A stretch of 10,011 bases of DNA from Candidatus Micrarchaeota archaeon (GTDB taxonomy: Archaea > Micrarchaeota > Micrarchaeia > Anstonellales > Bilamarchaeaceae): NCBI GenBank assembly GCA_037440825.1, contig JBBITJ010000011.1:3409-13419 (forward strand), written 5' to 3'. The translations under genes were made by a program, and so were the position numbers. The notes beneath the pieces are model-generated. The model was given only the letters and a program-made list of their open reading frames with translations, searched no databases and was not told where the DNA came from. Positions 8,904 through 10,011 of the stretch are shown here, piece after piece. Within the stretch, counting starts at the first letter, position 1; each line of letters begins with the position of its first letter.

Positions 8904-8935
8904 TCTACTCTAGACTCTATCTACTCTAGACTCTA
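8904..8935. repeat. Perfect 16-bp tandem duplication (TCTACTCTAGACTCTA x2)
   Basis: 8904-8919 is identical to 8920-8935 and fills most of the hsp20-groES spacer. Confidence 0.9.
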
Positions 8936-8939
8936 GATT

Positions 8940-9425
8940 TTATTTTACTTCAAGAAGTTTTCTTTTTGATTCCTCAACTTTTAGCTTTGGCACAACAACT
9001 TTTAGAACTCCATCTTTGTATTCTGCGGTTGCTTTTTCAGTATTTACATTATTTGGTAGGCTGAAATGCCGATAAAAGCCAGAGTAATTTCTCTCAAATC
9101 GGTACATTCCTTTTTTCTTGTCTTCATGTTTGCTTTCTGTTTTTGTCTCTGCTTTGACGTCGATACCATTACTGTCCACATTTACCTGAATGTCTTTTTT
9201 ATCTACTCCTGGGATTTCTATTTCAGCAATAATCTCCTTTTCTGTTTCGTAGATATCTGAAACTGGTTCTCGGTATGTGCTTACAACTACATCATTTTTG
9301 TTTGATGCTCTTGGTAGTAAATAATGACTTGAAGGCCCACTACTTTCAAAAAAATTCTCAAACATAGCATCCATCTGATGCTGCATCCTCCTCAGTTCAT
9401 CCCATATTGTGTACCTGTCCTTCAT
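8940..9425 (-). CDS. hsp20: Small heat-shock protein (Hsp20/alpha-crystallin)
   Basis: PVSDIYET..IIAEIEIPGVDKKDIQV, ERNYSGFYRHFSLP, AEYKDGVLKVVVPK and a C-terminal IxI-like LEV. The track's GTG 9434 lies inside SD AGGTG, so ATG 9425 is preferred. Confidence 0.95.
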   Translation of the reverse strand: MKDRYTIWDELRRMQHQMDAMFENFFESSGPSSHYLLPRASNKNDVVVSTYREPVSDIYETEKEIIAEIEIPGVDKKDIQVNVDSNGIDVKAETKTESKHEDKKKGMYRFERNYSGFYRHFSLPNNVNTEKATAEYKDGVLKVVVPKLKVEESKRKLLEVK

Positions 9426-9467
9426 TTTCAACACCTATTATGGTTTGTATTTGAACGATGGTATATA

Positions 9468-9532
9468 CATATAAATTCTTTTAAATCTTTTCATAATTAA
9501 TGAAATTAATTCATACTAACACTATTTAAATT
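9468..9532. promoter_or_regulatory. Divergent promoter: two TATA boxes flanking a candidate operator
   Basis: Minus TTTATATG at 9475-9468 (hsp20) and plus TTTAAATT at 9525-9532 (starting 28 nt before ATG 9553). TTCAT-N5-ATGAA-N5-TTCAT lies between them at 9490-9514. Confidence 0.55.
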
Positions 9533-9552
9533 CTACTATCTTAAATATTTTC

Positions 9553-9960
9553 ATGCCGAGGCAAATTACTCTCATGGAATTGCCAAAACCAAAGCAACCT
9601 AGCCTCTATGGCGACATAGAATGGTTAGGCAATAGTTTTGGATTTTATACTGGCAGGGACACAGAAAGAATCGCATCAAAAGTTTTACACTATTTACTAG
9701 ATGATATCTCTAAAGAAGGACATTGCTCAACAGAGAAAACATCGAATGGTCTCAACATCGAGGTCCAAAGAGTGAATTACCATTTAAGAACATTTATAGA
9801 ATCAGGCTTCTTCTGTAGAGAAAAAAGAATGATAGTCCTGCGGCACGGAAGTGTAAAAGCCGCTGTAGAAGAAATTAGAAAAGATGCCAACCGCATATTC
9901 GATGAACTTTCTATTGTTGCAGAGGAAATTGACAGAGGGCTCAATCTTAAAAACCGTTGA
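9553..9960 (+). CDS. Putative winged-HTH (ArsR-like) transcriptional regulator with C-terminal helical tail
   Basis: STEKTSNGLNIEVQRVNYHLRTFIESG fits an HTH with a VxYHL recognition helix. N-terminal WLGNSFG..RD and the EEIRKD..AEEID tail resemble an archaeal HTH family (recalled, not searched). Confidence 0.7.
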   Translation: MPRQITLMELPKPKQPSLYGDIEWLGNSFGFYTGRDTERIASKVLHYLLDDISKEGHCSTEKTSNGLNIEVQRVNYHLRTFIESGFFCREKRMIVLRHGSVKAAVEEIRKDANRIFDELSIVAEEIDRGLNLKNR

Positions 9961-9975
9961 ATCTCCCATGGTTTC

Positions 9976-10011
9976 CTAAGGCCCAAAGAATTTCGCTGGC
10001 TGCAGACGCAG
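9976..10011 (-). pseudogene. Possible upstream part of the interrupted LAGLIDADG-like gene (runs off the window)
   Basis: Minus frame reads ASAASEILWALG, an amphipathic helix ending in LG. It is in frame with the 6921-6776 fragment. Only 36 nt are visible. Confidence 0.35.

Noticed and set aside
8904..8937. CRISPR array or CIRCE element
   Set aside because: There are no spacers and no TTAGCACTC-N9-GAGTGCTAA match; it is a simple tandem duplication.
9961..9967. ATCTCCC matching tRNA 6768-6774 as a possible attR
   Set aside because: It is only 7 bp, no integrase is present, and the composition shift and split ORF point to a boundary near 6922 rather than the tRNA end.
9973..10004. Loose similarity to 6582-6610 (shared CTGGCTGCA)
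   Set aside because: It needs several gaps, the exact core is only 9 bp, and each copy has another explanation (RNA hairpin versus coding frame).

Overview
Archaeal window, inferred to be DPANN (Micrarchaeota-like) from TATA boxes, GGTG-type Shine-Dalgarno (SD) sites, thiolase-DUF35, AlaX-M and BHB tRNA introns. Bases 1-6520 are GC-rich housekeeping genes: a 5'-truncated NCS2 permease, an orphan, a DsrE/thiolase/DUF35/[2Fe-2S]-ferredoxin operon, a class-1A-like pyrD, an arrestin/Spo0M-like gene, a YdjM-like hydrolase and AlaX-M. An initiator tRNA-Met (6638-6778) carries two non-canonical introns (30/31 and 59/60) and follows a candidate 61-nt structured RNA. Next is a ~3.05-kb AT-rich cassette (about 6922-9975) with a bacterial-type group I chaperonin operon (hsp20-groES-groEL) and a divergent wHTH regulator. 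The cassette ends in 7-bp inverted repeats and encodes no recombinase. It appears to interrupt a LAGLIDADG-like gene whose two halves rejoin in frame when the cassette is removed. All calls come from reading motifs by eye; no searches were run.
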